Source: an uncultured Candidatus Saccharibacteria bacterium (lineage in GTDB: Bacteria; Patescibacteriota; Doudnabacteria; UBA920). Taken from it: 64,000 nt of DNA. The position numbers were made by a program, and so were the translations under genes. Shown here in pieces: positions 47,660 to 57,176 of this stretch (position 1 is its first letter; each line of letters begins with the position of its first letter). Below the pieces are notes generated by a model. The model worked only from the letters and a program-made list of their open reading frames with translations. It did no database searches and was not told where the DNA came from. Where the stretch lies: NCBI GenBank assembly GCA_964474825.1, contig CAYYWQ010000001.1, forward strand, positions 741,609 to 805,608, in the 5' to 3' direction.

Positions 47660-48789
47660 TAAGACAAAATTTTAGTTAATACTTTTACAACTGTGCCCTG
47701 GTCTTGCTCAGTTAAGTCTGGATATAACGGCAAACTTATGCAGGTGTTATAAAATTCTTCAGTAACAGGTAATGTTAAATCCCCAAAACCGTTTTTGCGA
47801 TAATACGGATGCGTATATACGGGGATGTGGTGGACCTGTACGCCGACTCCCGCTTCGCGCAGTTTTGCAAAAATTTCTGCCCTCTTGCCCGCAAACTCAT
47901 TTTTTAAATTTATAACAAACAAATGCCAGGCAGACTTAAAATCTCCCGCGTCCAAAGGCGGCAATTGTAAGACGCTGATGTTTTTTAATTGCTCATGATA
48001 ACGTTCCACTAACTTTTTGCGTTTACTAACAAATTCGTCTACCCTTTTTAATTGGCTAATGCCAAGCGCACTCTGCATATCTGTGAGTCTATAGTTCATC
48101 CCGAGCTCCTGCATTTCATAATACCATCCGCCGTGGGACGGGTTTACCAAATTTTGTTTGGTAATGCCGTGAGTAATAAACATTTTCATTTTTTTATAAA
48201 ACTCTTCGCTGTTTGTGGTAACTGCGCCGCCCTCTCCTGTGGTGATGGATTTTACCGGATGAAAACTAAAAGTAGTCATATCACTAAGCTGTCCAATTTT
48301 CTGTTCGTGATATGAAGCTCCCAAAGCCTGGCAAGCGTCCTCAATAACCAGAAGCCGATGCTTATCAGCAATCTTTTTTATAGCGGCCAAATCCGCCGGT
48401 CGTCCCGTGTAATCTATAGGTGCAATAACTTTTGTCCTTGGCGTTATTGCGGCTTCTATTAAGTTGGGGTTAATATTTCCGGTTACTGGGTCTATGTCCA
48501 CAAACACAGGTTTTGCTCCCTGCCACACAGCAGCGTTTGCCGTGGCTGCAAAAGTCATGGGCGACGTTATAACTTCGTCGCCGGGCTTAAGGCCTGCGGC
48601 AAAATACGCCGCGTGAAGAGCTGCGGTGCCGTTACTCATAACTACCGCGAATTTGGTCCCGCAATATTCGGCCAGGGCGCGTTCAAATTCCTCAACCTTG
48701 GGGCCTTGAGTTAAGAAGTCTGACTTTAAAATTTTTACCACTTCCTCAACGTCGCTTTCGCTAATTGATTGGTGTCCGTAAGGGATCAT
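47659..48789 (-). CDS. pseC: UDP-4-amino-4,6-dideoxy-N-acetyl-beta-L-altrosamine transaminase
   Basis: MIPYGHQSI, LTQGPKV, SFHPVKSITTGEGG and LGMNYRLTD motifs. Confidence 0.92.
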   Translation of the reverse strand: MIPYGHQSISESDVEEVVKILKSDFLTQGPKVEEFERALAEYCGTKFAVVMSNGTAALHAAYFAAGLKPGDEVITSPMTFAATANAAVWQGAKPVFVDIDPVTGNINPNLIEAAITPRTKVIAPIDYTGRPADLAAIKKIADKHRLLVIEDACQALGASYHEQKIGQLSDMTTFSFHPVKSITTGEGGAVTTNSEEFYKKMKMFITHGITKQNLVNPSHGGWYYEMQELGMNYRLTDMQSALGISQLKRVDEFVSKRKKLVERYHEQLKNISVLQLPPLDAGDFKSAWHLFVINLKNEFAGKRAEIFAKLREAGVGVQVHHIPVYTHPYYRKNGFGDLTLPVTEEFYNTCISLPLYPDLTEQDQGTVVKVLTKILS

Positions 48790-49766
48790 AAAGTTTCAAT
48801 TATTTGCTTAAGGCCTTTAGCGGTCAGTTGGTGCTTGTTAGTATGACTGGCGTACACAAATCCTGGTTTTACGCTTTTACCGCTTTTATGGTGGTCGTGC
48901 CCGTCCCACCAATCATATTCGGGCAAAATAATGTAATGGTTCTCATGCTCTTTGGTGTGGCGGGATTCTTCTTCTGTTACCATTGTTTCGTGCATTTTTT
49001 CACCCGGACGGATGCCAATAATTCTAACTTTACATTCCGGAGCAAGAGTCTTTAAAAAGTCTTTCATTTTCATGCTCGGAATTTTTGGAACAAAAATTTC
49101 CCCGCCGTACATTTTTTCAAGCCCCAACATAATTAAATCCACAGCCTGGTCTAGCGTTATCCAAAACCTGGTCATATCCTCATGGGTTAAAGTTATTTCC
49201 CCTTTGGCACGCTGCTCTTCTACAATTTTTATAATGCTGCCGCGACTGCCCAATACATTCCCATATCGAACAGCGGAAAACTTCGTACCACCTTCACCTG
49301 AATAAGCATTTGAACTCAGTACTAAACGTTCAGCGCAAAGCTTAGTAGCGCCATACAAATTTGCAGGACTTGCTGCTTTGTCCGTAGAAACAAATAAAAC
49401 TTTTTGCACCTTTTGGTCCAAGGCCGCGTTAATAACGTTTTGCGTTCCTAAAATATTAGTTTTAACGGCCTCTGATGGATTGTATTCCAAGGCAGGAATT
49501 TGTTTTAAGGCAGCAGCGTGAATAATTATGTCCACACCTTTAAAAGCACGCTGCAGGCGTTCCGGGTCACGGATGTCGCCAATAAAAAAACGCAAGCGGT
49601 TCTTGGGGTCAGAAAACTTTGTTTTCATTTGCGACTGCTTAAGTTCGTCGCGACTAAAAACAATAATTTTTTTAGCTTTTGTCTCAAGAAACCTGCTAAT
49701 TAATTTGTTGCCCAAAGACCCTGTGGCTCCTGTAACTAAAATTGTTTTGTTAGAAAAATCTAGCAT
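48786..49766 (-). CDS. pseB: UDP-N-acetylglucosamine 4,6-dehydratase (inverting)
   Basis: FSRDELKQ, HAAALKQIP..EYNP, STDKA..P.NLYGATK, RYGNVLGSRGS and GIRPGEKMHE motifs. Confidence 0.93.
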   Translation of the reverse strand: MLDFSNKTILVTGATGSLGNKLISRFLETKAKKIIVFSRDELKQSQMKTKFSDPKNRLRFFIGDIRDPERLQRAFKGVDIIIHAAALKQIPALEYNPSEAVKTNILGTQNVINAALDQKVQKVLFVSTDKAASPANLYGATKLCAERLVLSSNAYSGEGGTKFSAVRYGNVLGSRGSIIKIVEEQRAKGEITLTHEDMTRFWITLDQAVDLIMLGLEKMYGGEIFVPKIPSMKMKDFLKTLAPECKVRIIGIRPGEKMHETMVTEEESRHTKEHENHYIILPEYDWWDGHDHHKSGKSVKPGFVYASHTNKHQLTAKGLKQIIETL

Positions 49767-49769
49767 ATA

Positions 49770-49804
49770 TTGTTATTGGTTATAAATTATAAGTTACTAG
49801 TTAG
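49770..49804. repeat. Degenerate heptamer array
   Basis: TTGTTAT TGGTTAT AAATTAT AAGTTAC TAGTTAG fills the wzt-pseB gap. Confidence 0.45.
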
Positions 49805-51074
49805 CTTTCACTGTTTCCCAAAATATTTCCGGACAAATTATGCCGCTTCTAGGCGCCTCCAGACTGGCCGGCGGTCCGCTGGGAAGGACTTGGAAAGAAA
49901 GAGCTTCACGGGCCGCAAAATACTGCTTAACGTTTGGGCTTCTGCCGCCAAGGGTTATGCTGTACCTGCCGCCATTTAAAAGTTTTTTAGGTATTTTACT
50001 TTTTGCCACATAGCGTCCTGGGGCTTTGTTCCTGGTAATACCACCCTGCTGGTCGTAGTCTGAGGTCATAAAAATTTCCTCGCTCCGTTCATTCATTAAA
50101 TAAAAATCCGCGGAAAAGAATGGCAATTCTTTTTTAACCTGATATTCCACAGTAACAAAAATATCTTCCGCTGAACCAAACTCTTCTGTTAAGGTTCCGC
50201 TGGAGTCGGTTAACTTGGCAGATACTAGTTCCGCTTCTTCCGGCGCCAAATTATCTTCTTTTAAGGCCTGGTAAGACGCGCGGCTTTCCGTGGATAATTG
50301 GTCCAAATAGTAATTTATAACTTCCCTAACAGGGCCGTATTTTTCAACTCCCCCTTTATTTAAAAGCAAACACTTGGTACACAACTGCTCAATAGCCTTC
50401 ATGTTATGACTTACAAACAAAATTGTCCTACCTTGCTTGCTGGTAACTTCTTCCATTTTTCCTAAACACTTTTTTTGGAATTCCGCGTCCCCAACTGCCA
50501 AAACTTCGTCTACTAAAAGTATTTCAGGCTCAAGATGAGCGGCCACGGCAAAAGCTAAACGCACCTGCATACCGGAAGAATATCTTTTAACAGGGGTGTC
50601 TAAAAATTGGCCGATGCCCGCAAATTCTACAATTTGGTCAAATTTTTCCTCAACTTCCGCCTGCTTCATTCCTAAAATAACGCCGTTTAAAAAAACATTT
50701 TCACGACCAGTAAGTTCTGGGTGGAAACCAGTACCCACTTCCAGTAAACTACCTACCCTTCCCCTAAGTTTTATTTCTCCTGTTGTAGGAAGCGTAATGC
50801 GGGAAAGAATTTTTAGTAAAGTGCTTTTACCAGCTCCGTTTTTCCCAATAATTCCTAAAACTTCGCCGCGGTCTACGGAAAAACTAACGCCGTTTAACGC
50901 CCAAAAATCTTGCTTGCCGCCTTGGGTAAAACCGCCTTTAAATTTTTCCCTTAAAAAATTAAAGGGATGCGTAAATGCGTTTGTTAAAACATCTCGAAAA
51001 GCCACATACCTTCCGCCATAACGGGACAGGTTATACTTTTTTGAAAGATTAGTTACTTCAATAATTGGTGTCAT
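49797..51074 (-). CDS. wzt: Polysaccharide ABC transporter ATP-binding protein with C-terminal Wzt_C domain (start MTPIIE)
   Basis: GKNGAGKST, GFHPELTGREN, YSSGMQVRL and DEVLAVGD motifs; about 150 aa C-terminal extension. Confidence 0.93.
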   Translation of the reverse strand: MTPIIEVTNLSKKYNLSRYGGRYVAFRDVLTNAFTHPFNFLREKFKGGFTQGGKQDFWALNGVSFSVDRGEVLGIIGKNGAGKSTLLKILSRITLPTTGEIKLRGRVGSLLEVGTGFHPELTGRENVFLNGVILGMKQAEVEEKFDQIVEFAGIGQFLDTPVKRYSSGMQVRLAFAVAAHLEPEILLVDEVLAVGDAEFQKKCLGKMEEVTSKQGRTILFVSHNMKAIEQLCTKCLLLNKGGVEKYGPVREVINYYLDQLSTESRASYQALKEDNLAPEEAELVSAKLTDSSGTLTEEFGSAEDIFVTVEYQVKKELPFFSADFYLMNERSEEIFMTSDYDQQGGITRNKAPGRYVAKSKIPKKLLNGGRYSITLGGRSPNVKQYFAAREALSFQVLPSGPPASLEAPRSGIICPEIFWETVKAN

Positions 51075-51078
51075 AAAA

Positions 51079-51894
51079 TTAGACAACGTCTGCAAAATAT
51101 TTTTCCGTTGAATTAAAATACACAAATCCTAAAACAAAAACAACAATTGCAATTCCAGCGGAAAAAAGTAGGGCCAACCAATTAATTGGCGCGTTTCCCA
51201 AAATTGCCGCCTGGGCTGCTTTTATTATTCCGGTCATTGGGTTTAGCGCCAAAAGTTTTGCGTATTTTCCGGCAATGCTGGCCGGATAAATTACAGGCGT
51301 AACAAACAACATAAGCTGAATAAAGAAAGGCAAAACATAACGCACGTCACGGTATTTAACATTTACCGAGGCCAAAAAAAAGCCAATGCCGGCAGCGAGC
51401 AAAAAAATGATTACCAAAAGCAGCGGCACTATTAACAGCCCTAAAATATTTGGCAAAAAATTATAGTAAGCCATTAAAATTATTAGAACAAAACCGGCAA
51501 GAAAAAAATCTACCAGTCTTGTTAGCACAGCTGAAAGGGGCAAAACCAACCGAGGAAAATAAACTTTGGTAATTATAGACTGGTTGCCTACAAGGGAATC
51601 CCCAGCGTCGGAAATAGAATTGGCAAAAAATTGCCACAGAATAAGTCCGGTATAAACAAAAATCGGGTAAGGAATATTGTCCGAAGGAATTTTGGCAAAA
51701 TGCCCAAAAACCACGCTAAAAACCACCATGGTAACAAACGGCTGGAAAATTGCCCAAAGCACCCCTATTGCGGTTTGCTTATAACGGACTTTTAAGTCGC
51801 GCCAGGAAAAAAAGTACAAAAGCTCTTTATAAACCCACAGCGCTTTTATGTCGTCCCAGCTGAATGCTTTTTTTGGTCTAATAACTATTTCCAT
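51079..51894 (-). CDS. wzm: Polysaccharide ABC transporter permease
   Basis: RDLKVRYKQT.IG.LW, KVYFPR, YRDV, TPVIYP, LNP and FADVV motifs. Confidence 0.93.
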   Translation of the reverse strand: MEIVIRPKKAFSWDDIKALWVYKELLYFFSWRDLKVRYKQTAIGVLWAIFQPFVTMVVFSVVFGHFAKIPSDNIPYPIFVYTGLILWQFFANSISDAGDSLVGNQSIITKVYFPRLVLPLSAVLTRLVDFFLAGFVLIILMAYYNFLPNILGLLIVPLLLVIIFLLAAGIGFFLASVNVKYRDVRYVLPFFIQLMLFVTPVIYPASIAGKYAKLLALNPMTGIIKAAQAAILGNAPINWLALLFSAGIAIVVFVLGFVYFNSTEKYFADVV

Positions 51895-51998
51895 TAATCC
51901 ACCAAAATTTTGCCCTTGTTGTTGAGCAAACTTAATTATTTAAAAAAGATGAATAACACTATCTTTCTGATTTTCCCCGCAAAGTTTAGGCGGGCAAA

Positions 51999-53198
51999 CT
52001 ATTCTTTAATATACTTTTCCTGCTCTTCTTTGATTAAATGAACTTTTCCATAAGATTGAGGCTCCCCCCACAGCGTATCTTTCCACCATTGTCCGTCTTT
52101 AATATACCAAACCCTGTGGTCGCGGAACGTGTCAGCCACGTGGTCGAATTTTTCTTCGGTCCAGCCTACGTAATCCAGCCAACGGTAAAGGTCTTTGGAT
52201 TTAATGTGGTCCATTTTTTTAACAATTTCCACGCCTTGCTCGCGCGTCATTATACCGGCGCGAATGTCTTTACAAACATGGTCAGAAGCGCGGCCATAAC
52301 CGAATTTTACAAACTTCATATAATCGTGAATGCCGTTTTCGTGCATGTCATCCAAATTGGAAAATTTCCTGTAAGTGCGCTCAAACGGCTCTTCAGCTTC
52401 CAAAAAGCCGTACTTTTCCTTAACCATTTGTGCGTGCTCATTGGCTTCCCATTTAAAATAATTGGAAATAAAAATACCGCGCACACCCACCTCGTCTATT
52501 TGCTTGTCACTCGGGTACATATAAGGAATAAGTTCCTGCTTGGAAAGATCTTCGCCGTACTTAGGAGCGGCTTCCAAAAAATTACTCCATTCATAGCCGC
52601 GCAAGTCGTGCTCGTGGCGGGACCTATAGGTAAACTCTATCATGTCGTTGTAGGAATGCATACCGCCCAAATCCATAAAACCGTGCTCGCCCCAAATCAT
52701 AAGCGGAATTTTTTGGTCAACGGCAACCCTAATGGGATAAGTAACAATGCCGCTGTGGTTGTGCCAGTTCATGTCGCCCATCATAAGCATACCCATTCGG
52801 TTCATGACTTTAAGAACGCGCACGCTTGGCGTAAAAAATATGTGGTCGCAATTAAAAACCTCGCGCATGTTTAAAAGATTCTTCATGCCCGTGGGCGTGT
52901 AGTTATAGCCGTGGTAAGTAACCAACAAAGGCTTTAGGCCAAAACTTTTTATAACATGGATTTGGTAATAGCTGTCTTTGCCGCCGCTTACCGGAATTAC
53001 GCAGTCATAGTTAAGGCCGTCTTTGGACTTGTATTCCGAAACCAGCTGCTCAAATTTTTTCCTGCGGTCTTCCCAGTCCACAGCGACTCTTTGGTCGCCC
53101 ACGCGGCAGCCTGAACAAATACCATTTTCGTCAAAAGTTAAAGGCGTAGCCGTGCTTTCCGGATAGACGCATTTTTTACAATAACGCATTTTGATCAT
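51999..53198 (-). CDS. N-acetyl sugar amidotransferase (WbuX/PseA family), second copy
   Basis: CKKCVYP, YDCVIPVSGGKDS, WGEHG and HDYMKFVKFGYGR motifs. Confidence 0.9.
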   Translation of the reverse strand: MIKMRYCKKCVYPESTATPLTFDENGICSGCRVGDQRVAVDWEDRRKKFEQLVSEYKSKDGLNYDCVIPVSGGKDSYYQIHVIKSFGLKPLLVTYHGYNYTPTGMKNLLNMREVFNCDHIFFTPSVRVLKVMNRMGMLMMGDMNWHNHSGIVTYPIRVAVDQKIPLMIWGEHGFMDLGGMHSYNDMIEFTYRSRHEHDLRGYEWSNFLEAAPKYGEDLSKQELIPYMYPSDKQIDEVGVRGIFISNYFKWEANEHAQMVKEKYGFLEAEEPFERTYRKFSNLDDMHENGIHDYMKFVKFGYGRASDHVCKDIRAGIMTREQGVEIVKKMDHIKSKDLYRWLDYVGWTEEKFDHVADTFRDHRVWYIKDGQWWKDTLWGEPQSYGKVHLIKEEQEKYIKE

Positions 53199-53212
53199 AT
53201 GTGTATGGTAAA

Positions 53213-53998
53213 TTACCTAAAGTTTAAACCTTGGCTTTTTAAAAGTTTCTTAGCCCTTGGATAAGCTAATTCCGTAAAGTGGAAAAAATTTCCGGCTGCG
53301 ACTCCGGAAACAGGAATGGCTTTAGAAAGCTTTACAAAATCTTCGGCGTTTCCCGCTCCGCCGCAAGCAATAACCGGCAAGCTGGTAGAGGTAACAACTT
53401 TAGCAATAGTATCCAAGTCGTAACCGTTTGCCAAGCCGTCTCGGTCTATGGAATTTAAAAATATTTCCCCGGCCCCAAAGGATTCGCATTTTTTTATCCA
53501 GTCATAAACAGTCACGCCTGTATTATTCTTACCGAATTCCGTGTGGACCATGGGCTGGCCGTTAATAATTTTATAGTCTATGGATATCACCGCGGCTTGG
53601 CTGCCGTATTTTTCCGCAACTTGCGTAATAAGCTCAGGGGTTAAAAATGCTCCGGTGTTTAAAACGACTTTGTCTGCTCCGTTACGAATTCTAAAATCTA
53701 CATCTTGTATTGTCCTAATTCCTCCCCCGAACGAAAGGGGCATAAAACAAACTTTGGAAATGGCCTTAATAATTTCTTCTATGGACAAATAAGATTTAAC
53801 TCCCTGGTCATCGCGTCTCGTGTCGTAAAATTTTTCCCGGCTAATGTCTATGTAAATAAGTTCGTCCACGTCCCACTCATTGTAGCGCTGGGCTTCGTCT
53901 ATTACATTTCCCATATTCTGGTGGAAGGAAAAATTTTCGCTCCGTACAATAAAACCGTTTTTAATGTAGAGCACCGGAATTAGCCTGGTCTTGATCAT
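53213..53998 (-). CDS. hisF: HisF-like cyclase paralogue, second copy
   Basis: RLIPVL, VDELIYIDI, FMPLSFGGG, GAGEIFLNSIDRDG and ACGGAG motifs. Confidence 0.87.
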   Translation of the reverse strand: MIKTRLIPVLYIKNGFIVRSENFSFHQNMGNVIDEAQRYNEWDVDELIYIDISREKFYDTRRDDQGVKSYLSIEEIIKAISKVCFMPLSFGGGIRTIQDVDFRIRNGADKVVLNTGAFLTPELITQVAEKYGSQAAVISIDYKIINGQPMVHTEFGKNNTGVTVYDWIKKCESFGAGEIFLNSIDRDGLANGYDLDTIAKVVTSTSLPVIACGGAGNAEDFVKLSKAIPVSGVAAGNFFHFTELAYPRAKKLLKSQGLNFR

Positions 53999-54606
53999 TT
54001 TACGTTTTCAAAATTCTTTAAAATCTGCAAGCCGTCCTTTTGGCTTTTTTCCGGGTGGAACTGGCAGCCAAAAATTTTACCCTTGCCAACGCAGGCCGCG
54101 AACTCAAAGCCGTAGTCGGAAGTAGCCAAAATTTCTTTTTCGTCTTCCGGTGCGCAATAAAAACTATGCACAAAATAAAAACTATTGTCTTCTCCTACTC
54201 CGGCCGTTAATGGAGACTCAGATTTTTTTACCAAATTATTCCAACCCATATGCGGAATAGGCAAGTTTTTTATTTTGTTGCCAAAAAATAAGACTTGGCC
54301 TTTTATTAAGCCTAAGCCTTGGTGTAGTCCGTGTTCTTCGCTGTTGTCCATAAGCAATTGCATGCCTAAACAAATTCCGAGCAGCGGCTTGCCTTCTTGC
54401 GCAAACTTTTTTATTGGCTCCACAAACCCAAGTTTGTTTAGTTCTTCCATGGCCAGGCCAAAAGCACCAACGCCGGGCAAAATTAATTTGTCACAACCTT
54501 CTATTTCTTCCGGAGAATTTACAATCCGGCTTTCTATGTTCAAATAATCCAAGGAATTTTTTACAGACCCCAAATTCCCCATTTTGGAATTTACAATTCC
54601 GATCAT
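53995..54606 (-). CDS. hisH: Glutamine amidotransferase subunit, HisH-like (WbuY-type)
   Basis: GNLGSV, LPGVGAF, GICLGMQ, PHMGWN, YFVHSF and QFHPEKS motifs. Confidence 0.92.
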   Translation of the reverse strand: MIGIVNSKMGNLGSVKNSLDYLNIESRIVNSPEEIEGCDKLILPGVGAFGLAMEELNKLGFVEPIKKFAQEGKPLLGICLGMQLLMDNSEEHGLHQGLGLIKGQVLFFGNKIKNLPIPHMGWNNLVKKSESPLTAGVGEDNSFYFVHSFYCAPEDEKEILATSDYGFEFAACVGKGKIFGCQFHPEKSQKDGLQILKNFENVK

Positions 54607-54646
54607 AATCTTTAAATCTTTATATTCTTAAATCTTTAAATAATTA
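54607..54646. repeat. Octamer array (AATCTTTA x5, degenerate)
   Basis: AATCTTTA AATCTTTA TATTCTTA AATCTTTA AATAATTA, abutting the hisH start. Confidence 0.75.
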
Positions 54647-54652
54647 CCACCC

Positions 54653-54898
54653 TTACCAGCTTTGTACTTTTTCGCGAGTTTTGCTCTTTAAGCTTTGGTA
54701 AGCAATAGTTGCCTTCTGGTCTAATTCCGGAGAAAACATGTTAAGCAATTCATGCCCTAAAAACCTATATTGTCCGCCAATTTTGGCGCCTTTAATTAGG
54801 CCCTTCTTTATCATTCTTTTGAGGGTACTATTGCTTACTTTTAAGAGTTTTTCTGTTTCCCCTGAGGTATATACCTCGTTTGGATTAATTTCCGACAT
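54653..54898 (-). CDS. Excisionase/BldC-like helix-turn-helix protein (HTH_17)
   Basis: YTSGETEKLLKVSNSTLKRMIKKGLIKGAKIGGQYRF; 81 aa. Confidence 0.85.
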   Translation of the reverse strand: MSEINPNEVYTSGETEKLLKVSNSTLKRMIKKGLIKGAKIGGQYRFLGHELLNMFSPELDQKATIAYQSLKSKTREKVQSW

Positions 54899-54907
54899 AT
54901 AATATAT

Positions 54908-54987
54908 TTAGATTGAATAATTGAAAGATTGAAAATAAAAAAATTAGGAATTACTAATCTTTGAATATTTCAATCATTTAATCTTTC
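54908..54987. repeat. Inverted octamer arrays (hairpin) in the 5' UTR of the HTH gene
   Basis: TTAGATTG AATAATTG AAAGATTG, then AATCTTTG AATATTTC AATCATTT AATCTTTC. Confidence 0.78.
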
Positions 54988-54990
54988 CAT

Positions 54991-55030
54991 AGTATAAATC
55001 AGGTGTCAAAAGGTGTCAAGTCGTGTCATA
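54991..55030 (-). promoter_or_regulatory. Sigma70 promoter overlapped by three 10-bp direct repeats
   Basis: Minus strand TTGACA-17 nt-TATACT; plus strand AGGTGTCAAA AGGTGTCAAG TCGTGTCATA (55001-55030). Confidence 0.75.
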
Positions 55031-55031
55031 A

Positions 55032-55057
55032 AAAAGACTCCCAAATGGGAGTCTTTT
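55032..55057. terminator. Intrinsic terminator after fcl
   Basis: AAAAGACTCCCA-AA-TGGGAGTCTTTT. Confidence 0.8.
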
Positions 55058-55083
55058 AAAAATATGCCTTATTTATGCAATTT

Positions 55084-56022
55084 TTACTTAAGACCGCTCT
55101 TGTACCAGTCAATTGTCTTTTTAAGACCGGTTTTAAAATCCACATGTGAAATGAACCCGAATTCTTTTTTAGCTCGACTTACGTCTAATTTACGCCTTGG
55201 CTGACCGTCGGGCTTGGTTTTGTCCCAAACTATTCTACCTTTAAAGCCAGAGAGTTGGGCTATAATGTTTACCAAGTCTTTAATTTTGATTTCAAAACCC
55301 GAACCCAAATTTACCGGAAGGCTTTTGCTGTATTTAGTTGCGGCTAGCACTATCCCCCGGGCCGCGTCTTCCACATACAAAAATTCACGGCTGGCTTTGC
55401 CTGTACCCCAAACAACAACTTCCGATTTTTTTTGCTTAACAGCTTCTACAAATTTTTTAATTAATGCCGGAATAACGTGGGACTGCGCTGTATCAAAATT
55501 GTCGTTTGGGCCATATAAATTCACGGGCAGCAAAAATATTCCATTAAAACCATATTGCTCGCGGTAAGCCTGGAGCTGTACCAACAGCATTCTTTTTGCC
55601 AAACCGTATGGCGCGTTAGTCTCTTCGGGATAGCCGTTCCATAAATTGTCTTCCAAAAAAGGCACTGGCGTAAATTTTGGATAAGCGCAGACTGTGCCAA
55701 TTTGCACAAATTTTTTAACTTTTGCCAAACGCGCGGCCTCTATTAAATTAATGCCCATAATGGCATTGTCGTAAAAAATTGGGCCCGGGTTATTTCGGTT
55801 ATAGCCAATTCCGCCAACGTTAGCGGCCAAATGAAGAACTAAATCCTTACCCTTAACTACCTTAGCGCAATTTGCAGCAATTCTAAAATCAACTTCCTTA
55901 TGCCGCGGCCGGCTAATATTTTTAGCTTGCGCTCCGGCTTTTAAAAGTTGCTCATAAACCTTGCTGCCCAAAAAACCATGGCCGCCGGTAAGTAAAATTT
56001 TCGCGTTTTTTAAGTTAAACAT
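55084..56022 (-). CDS. fcl: GDP-L-fucose synthase
   Basis: [47 protein letters not shown] and KPDGQPRR motifs. Confidence 0.93.
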   Translation of the reverse strand: MFNLKNAKILLTGGHGFLGSKVYEQLLKAGAQAKNISRPRHKEVDFRIAANCAKVVKGKDLVLHLAANVGGIGYNRNNPGPIFYDNAIMGINLIEAARLAKVKKFVQIGTVCAYPKFTPVPFLEDNLWNGYPEETNAPYGLAKRMLLVQLQAYREQYGFNGIFLLPVNLYGPNDNFDTAQSHVIPALIKKFVEAVKQKKSEVVVWGTGKASREFLYVEDAARGIVLAATKYSKSLPVNLGSGFEIKIKDLVNIIAQLSGFKGRIVWDKTKPDGQPRRKLDVSRAKKEFGFISHVDFKTGLKKTIDWYKSGLK

Positions 56023-56039
56023 AATTTCATTTAATAGAT

Positions 56040-57023
56040 TTATGCAAAGAATGTCAATAACGCCTTTAACTTCAGTTTTGCGTCTGCGTCTTTACTATAC
56101 CCCATTTTGCGTATATGAAGCCAGCCGTCTATAAATTCAATAAAGCGGTCATTCTCCCCAAGCCGGCTGGTGTCGTATTTAGATTTTAACGTGGCATTGT
56201 CTCCAACCCAATTGTAAGGCTTGCCGTCGGGCCCAGGATCCCCGGCTTCGCGCAAAAAAGCGTATTCGTGGACAGCGCGATGCAAGTCTTCTGGTTTAGT
56301 TTTACTATAAACTTTTTTCCAATTCCCCCCTCCGGTGTCCACAGCAATTGGGGTAAGGCCGGAAAAAACCGCTGCAGTGCTAAAATTCACCGGAACATTT
56401 TTAAAAACCTCGGACCTAAAAAAACAAAAGCCCGGCCACATCCACCACACACTGCCGCGCCTTTGAATACTGCCGTAAATTGGACTCTTTTGTAAATTTT
56501 CTAAAACTGATGTTGATTTAACAGGAAAAATATCATGGTCCAAAAACCCAAAATACTTGGCTTTTCTGGGAAGTAGGAAATTTTTATACACCCAATTTAA
56601 AGCTAAGCCATGAGACCAGCTGGGGAAAGTTCCGCTATAAGGGTTTTTTGACAAGCGAATGTAACCAACGCTGTAATTTTTGCAAACTCCTTCTACTGCC
56701 TGGGCAACTAAGTCCCCTTGAGAGTTGTCTACAACTGTAAAAACAAAATTGTCTCGCAAATTTTTTCGTAAAAATTTTATTTGCCACTCAATTACGTCCG
56801 CGTTGTTAAACGCCACAGTTACTAAGTCTAAAATCTCCTGGTCAGCAATAGGGCAAATATTACAATTTAAAGACTTAACGGAAGAAAAAGGCTTGGCGCA
56901 ATAAACCCAGGTTATTAAACGGTCAACAAAATAATTTGCGTAAAAATAAACAAACCCAAAAGGCTTAAACGCCAGCGCGCATTTAACTAACAACCTGTTA
57001 ATTTTTTTAAAAATTTCCTTCAT
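56040..57023 (-). CDS. Hypothetical glycosyltransferase-like protein (start revised to MKEIFK)
   Basis: [24 protein letters not shown] and DTGG motifs; the track's N-terminal extension is read through a palindromic element. Confidence 0.65.
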   Translation of the reverse strand: MKEIFKKINRLLVKCALAFKPFGFVYFYANYFVDRLITWVYCAKPFSSVKSLNCNICPIADQEILDLVTVAFNNADVIEWQIKFLRKNLRDNFVFTVVDNSQGDLVAQAVEGVCKNYSVGYIRLSKNPYSGTFPSWSHGLALNWVYKNFLLPRKAKYFGFLDHDIFPVKSTSVLENLQKSPIYGSIQRRGSVWWMWPGFCFFRSEVFKNVPVNFSTAAVFSGLTPIAVDTGGGNWKKVYSKTKPEDLHRAVHEYAFLREAGDPGPDGKPYNWVGDNATLKSKYDTSRLGENDRFIEFIDGWLHIRKMGYSKDADAKLKLKALLTFFA

Positions 57024-57046
57024 TTTAAAACTTAGTAATAATACAC

Positions 57047-57159
57047 CTTGTGTCATTCCGAACGAGTGCATCCGAGCCGAGGAATCCCTTAATTCCAAAG
57101 ATAAGGGATCCTTCCACTCCTCCTCAGATGCATTCGGAGTCGGTCGGGATGACACCAAG
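57047..57159. repeat. Nested palindromic element (MITE/REP-like) with GTCATTCCG...CGGGATGAC ends
   Basis: Outer IR TGTCATTCCGA/TCGGGATGACA, middle TGCATCCGAG/CTCAGATGCA, inner ATCCCTTA/TAAGGGAT. Confidence 0.75.
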
Positions 57160-57176
57160 AGCGACCTAGAACAAAC

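Noticed and set aside
52038-52874. Long antisense ORF (278 aa), likewise 12435..13130 and other plus-strand shadows
   Set aside because: Fully antisense to well-conserved genes with no recognisable motifs; codon-bias shadows.
42873-54606. Histidine biosynthesis (hisH/hisF)
   Set aside because: No other his genes; both HisF copies are adjacent to N-acetyl sugar amidotransferases, the WbuXYZ-type context.
54653-54898. Prophage or ICE marked by an excisionase
   Set aside because: No integrase, att duplication or phage structural genes; the gene heads a glycan operon.
57024-57158. N-terminal 45 aa of track ORF 56040..57158
   Set aside because: Reads through a palindromic element; ATG 57023 is the more plausible start.
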